Part shown: positions 18,792 to 28,402 of the stretch, in pieces
Numbering within the stretch: position 1 is the stretch's first letter
How the letters are laid out: the number at the start of each line of letters is the position of its first letter
DNA from: Patescibacteria group bacterium
Lineage (GTDB): Bacteria > Patescibacteriota > Minisyncoccia > Phycocordibacterales > PALSA-1337
Length of the DNA: 64,000 nucleotides
Reading direction: 5' to 3'
NCBI GenBank assembly: GCA_018971685.1
Contig: JAGXAG010000001.1
Coordinates: 90,396 to 154,395, forward strand
Program-made: the position numbers and the translations under genes
Notes under the pieces: generated by a model
What the model saw: only the letters and a program-made list of their open reading frames with translations
Databases searched by the model: none
Told to the model about the DNA's origin: nothing

Positions 18792-21698
18792 TTATAGGAA
18801 ATTTGCAATAAACCGTATCAGCTGTGTAAATACGGACATTGTAGCGTTTACTGCAGTGTTTATAAAATCAAGAATTGACTGTCCGGTCGTTGTTACCGAT
18901 GGAGCTTTTGTCGGTATGAGAATGTTCGAATTCAAGCGTCCTATCTCTGCATTGACAAGCGCCAGTGTAGCGTTGTCGAGCGTGCCCGAAGAAGTAATGC
19001 CGGTGGCGGCGTTGTTTTTTTGGAACGCCTTCAAAGCTTTTAGCGTGTTTTCGTCGAATAATCCGGTTTCGTTGCCCAGTGTTCCGGCGCCGGTTTCCGC
19101 AATTGTATATCCCAATTTGTCGAGAACAGTCTGCAATATCCGCACATCGTTGCCGGTATCTCCGAATTTGAGGTTTCTGTTTATCGGAGTCAATATAAAT
19201 TTGATGTTGTTTTGATTATTGATCGGCGGCGGTACATCGTAGTATGGGTTGTTTGTCTTGGTAATATTTGGCACAAGATTGGTTGTCGGGTTTTGCGGCA
19301 CTGTCTGCAGTACCGGAGGATTTTGATCGATAATTGCCGGTGCCGAAACGGCGGCAGTGGTAAAGATTGAGTCGCCTGAAGCCGCGATATTTCCGGAGGC
19401 ATCGGCGGAAATTATTTTGAAATGATATGTGGTGTTGCTGTTTAGGCCGGACAATAATATCTGGTGCGAGGCTGCGAATGCCGATCCCGACCAATAGGTA
19501 TTTCCGTAAACATTGGTTAGTCCGTAATCAATCCTACCGCTTACTGGCGCATCCGTGTTCCAACTTATTGTTGCCGAATAGGGACCGACCGATATCTGTA
19601 TGTTCGATATTGTGATCATTTTTTGCGCGTACGACGATGTGGGCGGGCTTATCGAACCATTGTTTATCGAAGGCGTAGAAACCGTCGCGGCCGGAGAATT
19701 TGAAGGGGAAGGGGAAGGGGAAGGGGAAGCTGTCGGACTCGGAGATGAAGAAGGATAAGGAGGCGGAGAGTTTTGCACGGTTAATACCGGCGGCAAAGGC
19801 AGATCTTGCGGCGTATTTACGGATGGGACAGCCAGCTCATAAGCGCCTATATCGAACCCCGGAGCTCCTCCCGCGTCCGGCCGCTTGTTGCCGATGAAAT
19901 CATCCGGCACTAAACTCAAAGGGGTGCCGTTATCAATAGCCGGACTGCTTGCCGGTACGGAAAATTGGCCGGCATTGGCGTTTGCGAATTGCGGATCGGC
20001 TACGATCGAATGCGCATCGAATCCGCGTTTTTGCCAGTCGGAAAAAGACCAGTTACTGGACCAATCCATTGTTCCGCCGAAGGTAAGCGGTCCCGTTGGT
20101 GAATAAAATATATTGTAATCAGAAGTGTTATTGGTAGAACTGTACGGGGCAGAAACATCCTGGACGATGAATAGCGGCACATGCGAATGGTCAGTTTGGT
20201 AAAATATATTGTTGAGAAAACTGATATTATCTATAGATTGGCGTATCGCTCCGGCATCCAACCCGTGAGCAGTGCCGGCTGAATTGTAAAATACATTGTT
20301 ATACACATCTACATAATGTGACGCCGAGATATAAAGATTGCCGTTCTCAAATATGTTGTTGCGCACGACAATGGGCTGATTCGCGGTACCGGCCGATATC
20401 TCTATCATCAGGTTTATCGGCGCTCCACCGGTTCCGTTGCCGCTAAATGTATTCCGCTCTATCGTATGTCCACCACCCATACTGTCGAACCATATGCCCG
20501 GACAAAGCTTGTTGTTTTCGACAGTATTTTTTTTGATAACCATATTTTCCAGGCCAGGTATCAATTTTATTCCGCCGCAAGCCCATTTTGCAGAAAACAA
20601 CCTATAGTTATTTGCGTTGATCGTGTTGTTATCGTAGATCGTGCCGTTTCCTTCGAGTCCAGAACCCTCGTTGCCGTTATTCGACAATATGGAATTTTTT
20701 ACCGTACAGTTGTCACACATACCGCCCAAACCCGCAAAACCGTTGTATTCCGAATCCAAAGTATCCACCACATTGTTACTGCCGCCAATTACCAGTCCGT
20801 CGTAATTGGAATACCTTACGGATATATCGGATATGTCGACATCATGTTGCGATCCGAGCATTATCCATCGATTTATCCCGACTTCAATCGGTTTGCCATT
20901 TGGGTCAGAACTATCCGGCAGCCAGACGAATAAGCGGCCGTATTGCGAGTTTGACGGGTCACTTTCATAGTAGAAATCTCCGGCGATCATATCATTTTCA
21001 CTGGTTCTAACCGAAACCATGCAAGGTCCTCCGCATTGCGCATCTTGCAAGTGATAGCCGTTCTTTTCCGAGTTAACTTCCTGCAACAGCACGGGCTGGC
21101 CGTAATCAATCGCGACTACCTGGGGCGTAAATTTCAGAAGCTGGTTTCCTGACTGCCAATTGTCGTAAGCGTACTGGTACGGATAATTATTTTGTACGAA
21201 TTTCTGCCAGTCTGTGTACCATATGTTTCCGTCAGACCTGCCGGTGTATTTTTGCCATCCGGAATCCATGCGCGCTGACATATACAGGTACGCCTGTTCG
21301 CCGGGGTACCCTGAAATGCGCGTCGGTTGTCCCGGCGTGCCGCTGATCTGGTCTGTCGCAAGGCTGTTTCCTCCGCTGGTCAAGGCGGCTTCGTCAAATC
21401 GGTATATGCCGCCTCTCAGGTATAGCGTATCGCCACCGTGCAGATATGCCGATTGCGTTGTGTCGAATGCCCTGCCGAAAGTTTTCCACGGCTTGTCTAT
21501 CGTACCGGGGTTGGCGTCGTCTCCTGACGGAGAAACATAGTATGTAGCTGATACTGACGACCCTCCAACTTGCGCCGTTTGCACTTTTGTAATTACTGGC
21601 ACATACGCATGCGACCAATAAAAAACACAACTGATTGAAATCAAAACAGCCAAAGCAACGAGAGCGGATGCATTATAAGATCGTTGGTATCTGTCCAT
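18792..21698 (-). CDS. Large surface protein: right-handed beta-helix, Pro/Ser linker, FN3-like domain and peptidoglycan-binding domain
   Basis: YYVSPSGDD..PGT...PWKT, beta-helix repeats, SPAID/DIGAYE, SPSPSP linker, G.TG.DV..LQ..L. Confidence 0.75.
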   Translation of the reverse strand: MDRYQRSYNASALVALAVLISISCVFYWSHAYVPVITKVQTAQVGGSSVSATYYVSPSGDDANPGTIDKPWKTFGRAFDTTQSAYLHGGDTLYLRGGIYRFDEAALTSGGNSLATDQISGTPGQPTRISGYPGEQAYLYMSARMDSGWQKYTGRSDGNIWYTDWQKFVQNNYPYQYAYDNWQSGNQLLKFTPQVVAIDYGQPVLLQEVNSEKNGYHLQDAQCGGPCMVSVRTSENDMIAGDFYYESDPSNSQYGRLFVWLPDSSDPNGKPIEVGINRWIMLGSQHDVDISDISVRYSNYDGLVIGGSNNVVDTLDSEYNGFAGLGGMCDNCTVKNSILSNNGNEGSGLEGNGTIYDNNTINANNYRLFSAKWACGGIKLIPGLENMVIKKNTVENNKLCPGIWFDSMGGGHTIERNTFSGNGTGGAPINLMIEISAGTANQPIVVRNNIFENGNLYISASHYVDVYNNVFYNSAGTAHGLDAGAIRQSIDNISFLNNIFYQTDHSHVPLFIVQDVSAPYSSTNNTSDYNIFYSPTGPLTFGGTMDWSSNWSFSDWQKRGFDAHSIVADPQFANANAGQFSVPASSPAIDNGTPLSLVPDDFIGNKRPDAGGAPGFDIGAYELAVPSVNTPQDLPLPPVLTVQNSPPPYPSSSPSPTASPSPSPSPSNSPAATVSTPSINNGSISPPTSSYAQKMITISNIQISVGPYSATISWNTDAPVSGRIDYGLTNVYGNTYWSGSAFAASHQILLSGLNSNTTYHFKIISADASGNIAASGDSIFTTAAVSAPAIIDQNPPVLQTVPQNPTTNLVPNITKTNNPYYDVPPPINNQNNIKFILTPINRNLKFGDTGNDVRILQTVLDKLGYTIAETGAGTLGNETGLFDENTLKALKAFQKNNAATGITSSGTLDNATLALVNAEIGRLNSNILIPTKAPSVTTTGQSILDFINTAVNATMSVFTQLIRFIANFL

Positions 21699-21744
21699 GA
21701 TCAAGATGTTCCCTCGAGCAAAGTTTACCACAGTTTCTCTGTCT

Positions 21745-23184
21745 TTACCGCCAGTTTGAGAACCACATTCTTTGATTTAGCGCCAGATCGGAAAGCGGCG
21801 TGCCATATGTGAGGGGGCTGAAATATAAGAACGCGGCAAACGCCGATGAGATTATCACGACAATCGCAACCTTTTTAATCTTTGGCCCGAACGAATCAAG
21901 GAAAAAAGCTATTGCAAACACGCTGAATGCGAGCGCGGCTTCATAGTGATACAGAAACATGACGCGTCCTATAAGGACAAACGGCAAAAAATTTGCCAAG
22001 AATCCGACGACTATAAAGGATAGGCGTCGCCAGTCATCATCCGAAAAAGCCGAAGACCGGCGGCTTGCAGTCATCCACAGCCAATAAAGGATTAATCCCA
22101 GTGTAACGGCGCCGCCGGACCAATAAATGACCGGGTTGCCCAGATAATATATGTAAGAGTGTGGAGTTGACGGATCGCCGGAATTATTACCTTCCCAATA
22201 ATATATTGGCCGCGCCATGGTCGGCCAGGTATACCATTTGCTGGAATATGGATGAGTCGCGTTCATTGTTGCGTTGGCCTCGTACATTTCCTTGTTCAAT
22301 TCCAGGAATTTGCCGAATAAACCGAGCGGCTTTATGTTCGAATCGCCCGCATATTGATTGCCGGCCAATGTCTTTTGGAAAGAGGGGGTCATGAAAGCGT
22401 CACCTTGCCCGGAATGGGGCAGGAGGGCGAAATGGATTGCGAAACCGGCGGCATATATCGCCAAGCCAACCGAAAGATATAACGCCGCCTTCAAAAAAGC
22501 TCCTTTCAAAGCGCGCCGGATCCCGACTATCGTCGTTGCGGCCGTCCATAATTCCGTAAGCAGTATCAGTCCCAGGAATGAAAGGCCGGTCCATTTCATG
22601 TTGAATGCCAAAGCCGCCGTGATCGCCGACGCGACCAGATAAGCGATTTTCAAGCGGCCGCGGCTTTGACGATGCGAAAGGTAGAGCCAAAGAGATGAAA
22701 AGCCGAAAAGTAGCAGCATGCTGTCGAGTGAAATCATTCGCGATTGGACCAGAAGCGAATTTTCAAAGACGATCAAAAGTCCGGCCAGGAATGAAACGCC
22801 GCGCGAAAACTTCAGGCGAAGCGTGAGTAAAAATACGACCAAAGGCAATAAAGTTCCGGCGAGCGTCGGCAGGAACCGGTACCAGAGATATAATTTGTTC
22901 GAATAAGCGTCGCCGATTTTGGAATAGTCGGTTCCGTCGGAACTTATGCCCGACAAATGCCCGAAGCCGCTTATGATGAGTTTGCCCAAAGGCGGATGCT
23001 GGTCGAAATAATAATCGCCGGTAATGTAATCCGAGGCAAATCTGCCGAAATAGACTTCGTCGAAAACGGTCTGCGCCGGATAGCCGAAATAGGCGAAATG
23101 GGTAAGCGCGCTTAAAGCAAACAAAATCAGCAAACAATTTTTTGATTTATGATGAAATTTCATGAGATAAGAGTATTTTCCCAT
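21745..23184 (-). CDS. Protein O-mannosyltransferase (PMT/GT39 family)
   Basis: VFDEVYFG, FDQHPPLGK, HPYSSKWYTWP, RVMFLYHY. Confidence 0.9.
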   Translation of the reverse strand: MGKYSYLMKFHHKSKNCLLILFALSALTHFAYFGYPAQTVFDEVYFGRFASDYITGDYYFDQHPPLGKLIISGFGHLSGISSDGTDYSKIGDAYSNKLYLWYRFLPTLAGTLLPLVVFLLTLRLKFSRGVSFLAGLLIVFENSLLVQSRMISLDSMLLLFGFSSLWLYLSHRQSRGRLKIAYLVASAITAALAFNMKWTGLSFLGLILLTELWTAATTIVGIRRALKGAFLKAALYLSVGLAIYAAGFAIHFALLPHSGQGDAFMTPSFQKTLAGNQYAGDSNIKPLGLFGKFLELNKEMYEANATMNATHPYSSKWYTWPTMARPIYYWEGNNSGDPSTPHSYIYYLGNPVIYWSGGAVTLGLILYWLWMTASRRSSAFSDDDWRRLSFIVVGFLANFLPFVLIGRVMFLYHYEAALAFSVFAIAFFLDSFGPKIKKVAIVVIISSAFAAFLYFSPLTYGTPLSDLALNQRMWFSNWR

Positions 23185-23221
23185 GTTACGACCATAAATC
23201 AATTGTTGTTATAATTACTGT

Positions 23222-23956
23222 ATGCGCATATCGATAGTAATTCCAGTATTTAACGAACGGCATCGCATAGGCGTCACATTGCAAAAAATAGCCAGTTATT
23301 TTTCTTCCAGGCCGGATTTTAATCACGAAATAATTGTAGTTAATGACGGCTCTTGCGACGATACGGCGTCGATTGTCGATGGAATTTCTAAGACGGTGGC
23401 TAATATTTCGTTGATAAATCTGGGTAAAAACATGGGCAAAGGCGCCGCGGTAAAAGCCGGTATGCTTGCGGCAAAAGGTGAATACAAGTTTTTTATGGAT
23501 GCCGACGGCTCTACAGCCATAGAAGAAATTGAAAAATTATTGCCGTTTGTTTTTCAAGGTTTCCGAATAGTTATCGGTTCGCGCGGTGTGGCCGGGGCGA
23601 CGATAAAGAAAAACCAACCATGCGTGCGGTTGGTTCTCGGCAGAATTTTTCGCGCGATCGTCAATGCGATCTTGCCGGTTGGAGTAGTCGATTCACAGAA
23701 CGGTTTTAAGCTTTTTGCCGCCGAGACGGCAAACATTCTTTTCCGGAAGTTAAATACTACGGGATGGGCTTTTGATGTGGAGATATTGGCTTTGGCGCGC
23801 ATATCCGGATTCAGAGTAAAAGAAGTGCCCGTGATATGGACAAACGACGACGATAGTAAAGTTACGCTAAAAGGCATGGTAAACATGTTAGTTGAGCTGT
23901 TTCTTATCAGACGCAGTGTTGTAAAGATCAAATCCGCCAACAATAAGAGCCATTGA
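23222..23956 (+). CDS. GT2 polyprenol-phosphate glycosyltransferase (DPM/ALG5-like)
   Basis: IPVFNE, DGSCD, GKGAAV, DADGS, DSQNGFK, WAFDVE. Confidence 0.9.
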   Translation: MRISIVIPVFNERHRIGVTLQKIASYFSSRPDFNHEIIVVNDGSCDDTASIVDGISKTVANISLINLGKNMGKGAAVKAGMLAAKGEYKFFMDADGSTAIEEIEKLLPFVFQGFRIVIGSRGVAGATIKKNQPCVRLVLGRIFRAIVNAILPVGVVDSQNGFKLFAAETANILFRKLNTTGWAFDVEILALARISGFRVKEVPVIWTNDDDSKVTLKGMVNMLVELFLIRRSVVKIKSANNKSH

Positions 23957-23980
23957 CAGCGGTTTCATCCGTGCTAACAT
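23953..23980 (+). promoter_or_regulatory. Putative sigma70 promoter for tuf
   Basis: TTGACA-16-TAACAT. Confidence 0.55.
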
Positions 23981-24107
23981 GGTGTCATAGCGCAAACTCT
24001 GCGTTTTATTTGTCAATTATCAGGTCAGTTAATTAATAACAAATATTAAAAATAAAATATGAAAACTTTTTTATCTTTTGTATTTTATTTTTCATATAAA
24101 CAATAAC

Positions 24108-25295
24108 ATGGCAGCAGAATTCAATCGTTCGAAGCCCCATGTCAATGTCGGCACAATCGGCCACATTGACCACGGCAAGTCCACTTTGACCGCCGCCATC
24201 TTGGCGGTGCAGGCCAAGAAGGGCATGGCCAAAGAAAAGGCCTATGCCGATATTACCAAAGGCGGCACTGTCCGTGATGCCACCAAGACCGTCACGATCT
24301 CGCTTTCGCATGTCGAATACGAAACGCCCAACCGCCACTATGCGCACATCGACGCGCCCGGACACGCTGACTACATCAAAAACATGATCACCGGCGCCGC
24401 CCAAATGGACGGAGCCATACTGGTCGTGTCCGCGACCGACGGCGTCATGCCTCAGACGCGCGAGCACATACTGCTCGCCCGCCAAGTAGGCGTGCCGAAA
24501 GTGCTTGTTTTCCTCAACAAATGCGATATGGTCCCGGAGAAGGACCTTATCGATCTGGTCGAAGAAGAAGTTCGCGAGCTCTTGACGAAATATCAATTCG
24601 ACGGCAAAAACGCACCGGTTATCCGCGGTTCGGCCCTGAAAGCCCTCGAAGGCGACGCGGCTTGGACGGTGAAGATCGACGAGCTTATGAACGCCCTCGA
24701 CACTTTCATCCCGGAACCTGTCCGCGAAGTCGATAAGCCGTTCCTGATGCCGATCGAAGACATTTTCTCGATCGAAGGGCGCGGCACGGTCGTAACCGGC
24801 CGTATCGAGCGCGGCAAAGTCACAGTCGGCGATGAAATTGAGATTGTCGGATTCAAAGACACCAGCAAGACGACCGTTACCGGCATTGAAATGTTCAACA
24901 AGTCGCTTAAAGAAGGCATTGCGGGCGATAATGCCGGCGTACTCCTGCGCGGCACCGCCAAAGACGATGTCTCGCGCGGCCAAGTTTTGGCCAAGCCGGG
25001 ATCCGTCAAGCCGCACACCGAATTTGAAGCGGAAGTTTATATCCTGAAAAAGGAAGAGGGCGGCCGTCATACGCCGTTCTTCACCGGCTATAAGCCGCAA
25101 TTCTATATCCGCACCACCGATGTTACCGGCGAAGTAACTCTGCCTGAGAAGGTTGAAATGGTCATGCCGGGCGACACGGTCTCATTCAAGGTCAAACTGG
25201 TCGCGCCGGTCGCCTTGGAAAATCAGATGCGTTTTGCCATCCGCGAAGGAGGCAAGACCGTGGGCTCGGGTGTCGTCACCAAGGTTGTCGCGTAA
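24108..25295 (+). CDS. tuf: Elongation factor Tu
   Basis: [35 protein letters not shown]. Confidence 0.98.
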   Translation: MAAEFNRSKPHVNVGTIGHIDHGKSTLTAAILAVQAKKGMAKEKAYADITKGGTVRDATKTVTISLSHVEYETPNRHYAHIDAPGHADYIKNMITGAAQMDGAILVVSATDGVMPQTREHILLARQVGVPKVLVFLNKCDMVPEKDLIDLVEEEVRELLTKYQFDGKNAPVIRGSALKALEGDAAWTVKIDELMNALDTFIPEPVREVDKPFLMPIEDIFSIEGRGTVVTGRIERGKVTVGDEIEIVGFKDTSKTTVTGIEMFNKSLKEGIAGDNAGVLLRGTAKDDVSRGQVLAKPGSVKPHTEFEAEVYILKKEEGGRHTPFFTGYKPQFYIRTTDVTGEVTLPEKVEMVMPGDTVSFKVKLVAPVALENQMRFAIREGGKTVGSGVVTKVVA

Positions 25296-25393
25296 ATTTT
25301 CATCCAAAAGGCTTCCGTCGTTCACGCGCTCGATGCTACTCGTCGGGCGGTGTAACGGCGGGAGTTTTTGGAATCGAAAAACCATATTTAACC

Positions 25394-25921
25394 ATGAATG
25401 AACCAGGCAAAAATTCAACACGCAGAGAAAGTCCTCGAACAAGGACTAGGTTTTCCGCTTTCTCATTCAGTCTCTTAGCTGGCGACAGGTATTCAAGAGT
25501 CGTTGCCGAAGTGGATCGCATCAAATACGGATCGATTAAGGATGAAGTTACAGACGGAGCAGTTTTGTCTAAAGTTTTACTTGATAAAGGCTCCAAACCA
25601 ATTCCTGTGGTGTTCAACAGGTACAATTTTAAAAAGATTCTCTGGCACCACGGTTATTTCAGGTCAATCAATATTGTCGTCACGGCCAATGAATTTGAAG
25701 AAGGCGTTTACATTAAAGGCGTTGACGGCAGGCCAGACAAAATTAATCTTATTAAGAATACTGACGGCGGCTGCTATATTATTGGAGCGAATCGGTTCAA
25801 TGGTTACGGAGTAGTCACTTTTTTCGAACAGTGTGAACCGAGCCAGAAACAGCAATACCTCGCCAGTATGCGCAAGCGAGGTACACCTTTACAGGTCCTG
25901 GAGGGCGGCGGGTCCTCATAA
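25394..25921 (+). CDS. Hypothetical protein, possibly a BECR/PBECR-like ribonuclease
   Basis: KILWHH helix, beta-meander and VVTFF terminal strand recall the barnase/EndoU/colicin/RelE fold; family call is inference. Confidence 0.45.
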   Translation: MNEPGKNSTRRESPRTRTRFSAFSFSLLAGDRYSRVVAEVDRIKYGSIKDEVTDGAVLSKVLLDKGSKPIPVVFNRYNFKKILWHHGYFRSINIVVTANEFEEGVYIKGVDGRPDKINLIKNTDGGCYIIGANRFNGYGVVTFFEQCEPSQKQQYLASMRKRGTPLQVLEGGGSS

Positions 25922-25986
25922 CATCTAATCCCTCTGATATCGGAGGAAATCGTGTGCCAGCGAGCCTTCCTGGCGTCAGGGCTGAT
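25892..25986 (-). ncRNA. Putative antisense tRNA-shaped (cloverleaf) RNA
   Basis: Four stems in tRNA order and spacing downstream of TTGACA-17-TACACT. Confidence 0.5.
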
Positions 25987-25992
25987 GATTAA

Positions 25993-26043
25993 AGTGTATT
26001 CCCGGAACGGGCAGTTGTCAAGCGAATCGGGATCTGCTAGTAT
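25993..26043. promoter_or_regulatory. Back-to-back sigma70 promoters sharing TTGTCAA
   Basis: Minus strand TTGACA(26021-26016)-17-TACACT(25998-25993); plus strand TTGTCA-17-TAGTAT toward rpsJ. Confidence 0.6.
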
Positions 26044-26072
26044 CTATTATGTTTTCATAAATATCAAAAATC

Positions 26073-26444
26073 ATGCCGACAACAAAACCGACAGTTAAGC
26101 GCGCGCCGAGAGCAAAGAAGGTCAAGGAACCGGGCGAGGTGCCGCATCTGAGGATCCGGGTAAGGGCGTACGAGCACAAAATCCTTGACGCGTCTTTGAA
26201 GCAGATTATGGACACCGCCGCGCGTTATGATGCTGAAGTGCACGGTCCGGTGCCGTTGCCGACGGAAATAAAGAAATACACCGTCAACCGCTCGTCATTC
26301 ATAGACAAAAACGCCCGCGAACAATTCGAAATGAGGGTTCATAAGAGGCTGATCGATATTATCAGCCCCGGACCGAAGGTAATCGAAGCTTTGCAAAATC
26401 TGAATTTGCCGTCCGGAGTCAATATCGATGTAAAAATGATATAA
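26073..26444 (+). CDS. rpsJ: 30S ribosomal protein S10
   Basis: GPVPLPT, REQFEMRVHKRLIDI. Confidence 0.98.
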   Translation: MPTTKPTVKRAPRAKKVKEPGEVPHLRIRVRAYEHKILDASLKQIMDTAARYDAEVHGPVPLPTEIKKYTVNRSSFIDKNAREQFEMRVHKRLIDIISPGPKVIEALQNLNLPSGVNIDVKMI

Positions 26445-26475
26445 TTTCCGACGAAAGATGCGATCAAAAACAGCC

Positions 26476-27105
26476 ATGAAATTTATCCTTGGAAGAAAAT
26501 TGAATATGTCGCAAATCTACGATGAGAAAGGTGCGGCCACTCCCGTGACTTTGATCGCGGCGAAGGATAATGTCGTCACTCAATTGAGAACCAAAGAAAA
26601 AGACGGCTATGAAGCGGTGCAAGTCGGCGAAGGTTCCAGGAATGCCAGAAAGATAAACAAAGCGCAGAAAGGCCATTTTGGCGAAATGGGAAATTTCACG
26701 GCGCTGGCCGAATTCCGGACTGATGCATCCGCCAAGGGAAAGTCAGATAAATCGCCGCTCAATGTCGGCGACAAAGTGGCGGTTTCCCAATTCAAAGCCG
26801 GCGATGAAGTTATGATTAGCGCGATCTCAAAAGGCAAAGGTTTCCAGGGTGTTGTCAAACGCCATGGTTTCGGCGGCGGTCCGCGTTCTCACGGCCAGAA
26901 GCATAGCGAGCGAGAACCGGGCTCGATTGGCGGCGGCTTGCGCACCAGGGTGCCGGTCGGCACCAGGATGGCCGGCAGGATGGGAGGAGATCGCGTGACT
27001 GTCAAAAATTTGAAAATCGCGCACATTGATGCCGAAGAGGGCATTGTCTATATAACGGGCGCGATTCCCGGCAAGCGCGGTACTTTGGTTGAGATAGTCG
27101 GATGA
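26476..27105 (+). CDS. rplC: 50S ribosomal protein L3
   Basis: DGYEAVQ, SKGKGFQGVVKRHGF, MAGRMG. Confidence 0.98.
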   Translation: MKFILGRKLNMSQIYDEKGAATPVTLIAAKDNVVTQLRTKEKDGYEAVQVGEGSRNARKINKAQKGHFGEMGNFTALAEFRTDASAKGKSDKSPLNVGDKVAVSQFKAGDEVMISAISKGKGFQGVVKRHGFGGGPRSHGQKHSEREPGSIGGGLRTRVPVGTRMAGRMGGDRVTVKNLKIAHIDAEEGIVYITGAIPGKRGTLVEIVG

Positions 27106-27135
27106 TTACCGAGGCTAGGTATCGGTAACGGCCGC

Positions 27136-27164
27136 TTGACCGCGAAATAAGCCTCTGTTAGTAT
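27136..27164 (+). promoter_or_regulatory. Putative internal sigma70 promoter upstream of rplD
   Basis: TTGACC-17-TAGTAT with extended TG. Confidence 0.55.
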
Positions 27165-27196
27165 GTCCACACTGCTCACGGGAGCGTTTTTCTTTC

Positions 27197-27856
27197 ATGG
27201 AAGCAAAAGTATACAATCAACAGGGCAAAGAAACGGGGAAAGTTACAATCCCAAAAGGCGTTTTTGATTTGCCATGGAATGCCGACCTGGTGCACGAAGT
27301 CGTGCGTTTGATGAATTCAAATTCACGGACCAACATAGCGCATACAAAAACCAGAGGCGAAGTCCGCGGCGGCGGCAAAAAACCGTGGCAACAGAAAGGT
27401 ACCGGCCGTGCCAGGCATGGTTCGACCAGGTCGCCCATCTGGGTCGGCGGCGGCGTGCATGGCCCGAGAAATGAGAAGAATTTCGAACGCAAAATCAATA
27501 AGAAAGCTCGCGCCAAAGCGCTGCTCACCGTCCTTTCCAGAAAGTGGAACGAAGGCGAGATCATTTTCGTCGATGCCGTGAATATGTCCGAGCCGAAGGC
27601 AAAAGAAGCCAAGAACATATTGACGGGATTGTCGAAAATCAAAGGATGCGAAAAGTTGGCGACTAAGCCGAAGAACGCCGCTATCATTGCCTTGAATGGA
27701 AAATTCGCGGCGGCCGAAAAAAGCTTCAGGAATTTCGGCAATGTGTCGGTCGAGGAATTCAGGAATTTAAACCCGGTGTCGGTGTTGAACCACAAGTATT
27801 TGATCATCAGCCAGCCGGAGCCGTCATTAAAAACACTTTCGGAGAAAATTAATTAG
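27197..27856 (+). CDS. rplD: 50S ribosomal protein L4
   Basis: GGGKKPWQQKGTGRARHGS. Confidence 0.98.
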   Translation: MEAKVYNQQGKETGKVTIPKGVFDLPWNADLVHEVVRLMNSNSRTNIAHTKTRGEVRGGGKKPWQQKGTGRARHGSTRSPIWVGGGVHGPRNEKNFERKINKKARAKALLTVLSRKWNEGEIIFVDAVNMSEPKAKEAKNILTGLSKIKGCEKLATKPKNAAIIALNGKFAAAEKSFRNFGNVSVEEFRNLNPVSVLNHKYLIISQPEPSLKTLSEKIN

Positions 27857-27868
27857 AAACAAACCGCC

Positions 27869-28345
27869 ATGCCGCTTTTCGGATTTAGAACCCATAAGAA
27901 GTACGACAAAGATTTTTCGCAAGAGAAGCAGGTTAAAGCCGCGCCCGATAAGATCGAGAAGAAGACAAAACCGCGCAAAGAAACAATCAAAGCCGAAAAA
28001 TTGCCTGCGCCGAAAGTCGCTGTGGCCAAAACCAAGATTTCGGCGGCAGCGATCGTTCCGGGGGCTCATTCAAGTTCGGCCGAGGCAATAATCCGCCCGC
28101 GTATAACGGAAAAATCCGGCCTGTTGAGCCAAAACGGCGCTTATACATTCCAGGTGACAGAAAGCGCCAATAAGCAGACAATCACCAAAGCGATCGTCGA
28201 TCTGTACAAAATCAGGCCCGTCAAAGTTGCGGTTATGAACATTCCGGCAAAATCGGTTTTCGTCCGGGGCAAGATCGGCCGCGTGCCGGGAATGAAGAAA
28301 GCGGTCGTGACTTTGAAAAAAGGCGACAAAATCGACTTTGTTTAA
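27869..28345 (+). CDS. rplW: 50S ribosomal protein L23 with a Lys-rich N-terminal extension
   Basis: IIRPRITEKS, YTF, KKAVVTL; operon position. Confidence 0.93.
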   Translation: MPLFGFRTHKKYDKDFSQEKQVKAAPDKIEKKTKPRKETIKAEKLPAPKVAVAKTKISAAAIVPGAHSSSAEAIIRPRITEKSGLLSQNGAYTFQVTESANKQTITKAIVDLYKIRPVKVAVMNIPAKSVFVRGKIGRVPGMKKAVVTLKKGDKIDFV

Positions 28346-28369
28346 TTATAATCAAGCTTTAAAAGTCCA

Positions 28370-28393
28370 GATCCCCGCTTTTGCGGGGATGAC
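28370..28393. repeat. REP-like hairpin (dRS3-like type)
   Basis: GATCCCCGCTTTTGCGGGGATGAC; related copies at 61144-61209. Confidence 0.6.
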
Positions 28394-28402
28394 AAGAAAA
28401 TC

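Noticed and set aside
25892-25986. Genuine tRNA gene
   Set aside because: No TTC T-loop, no CCA, and an over-long anticodon arm; kept only as a tRNA-like candidate.
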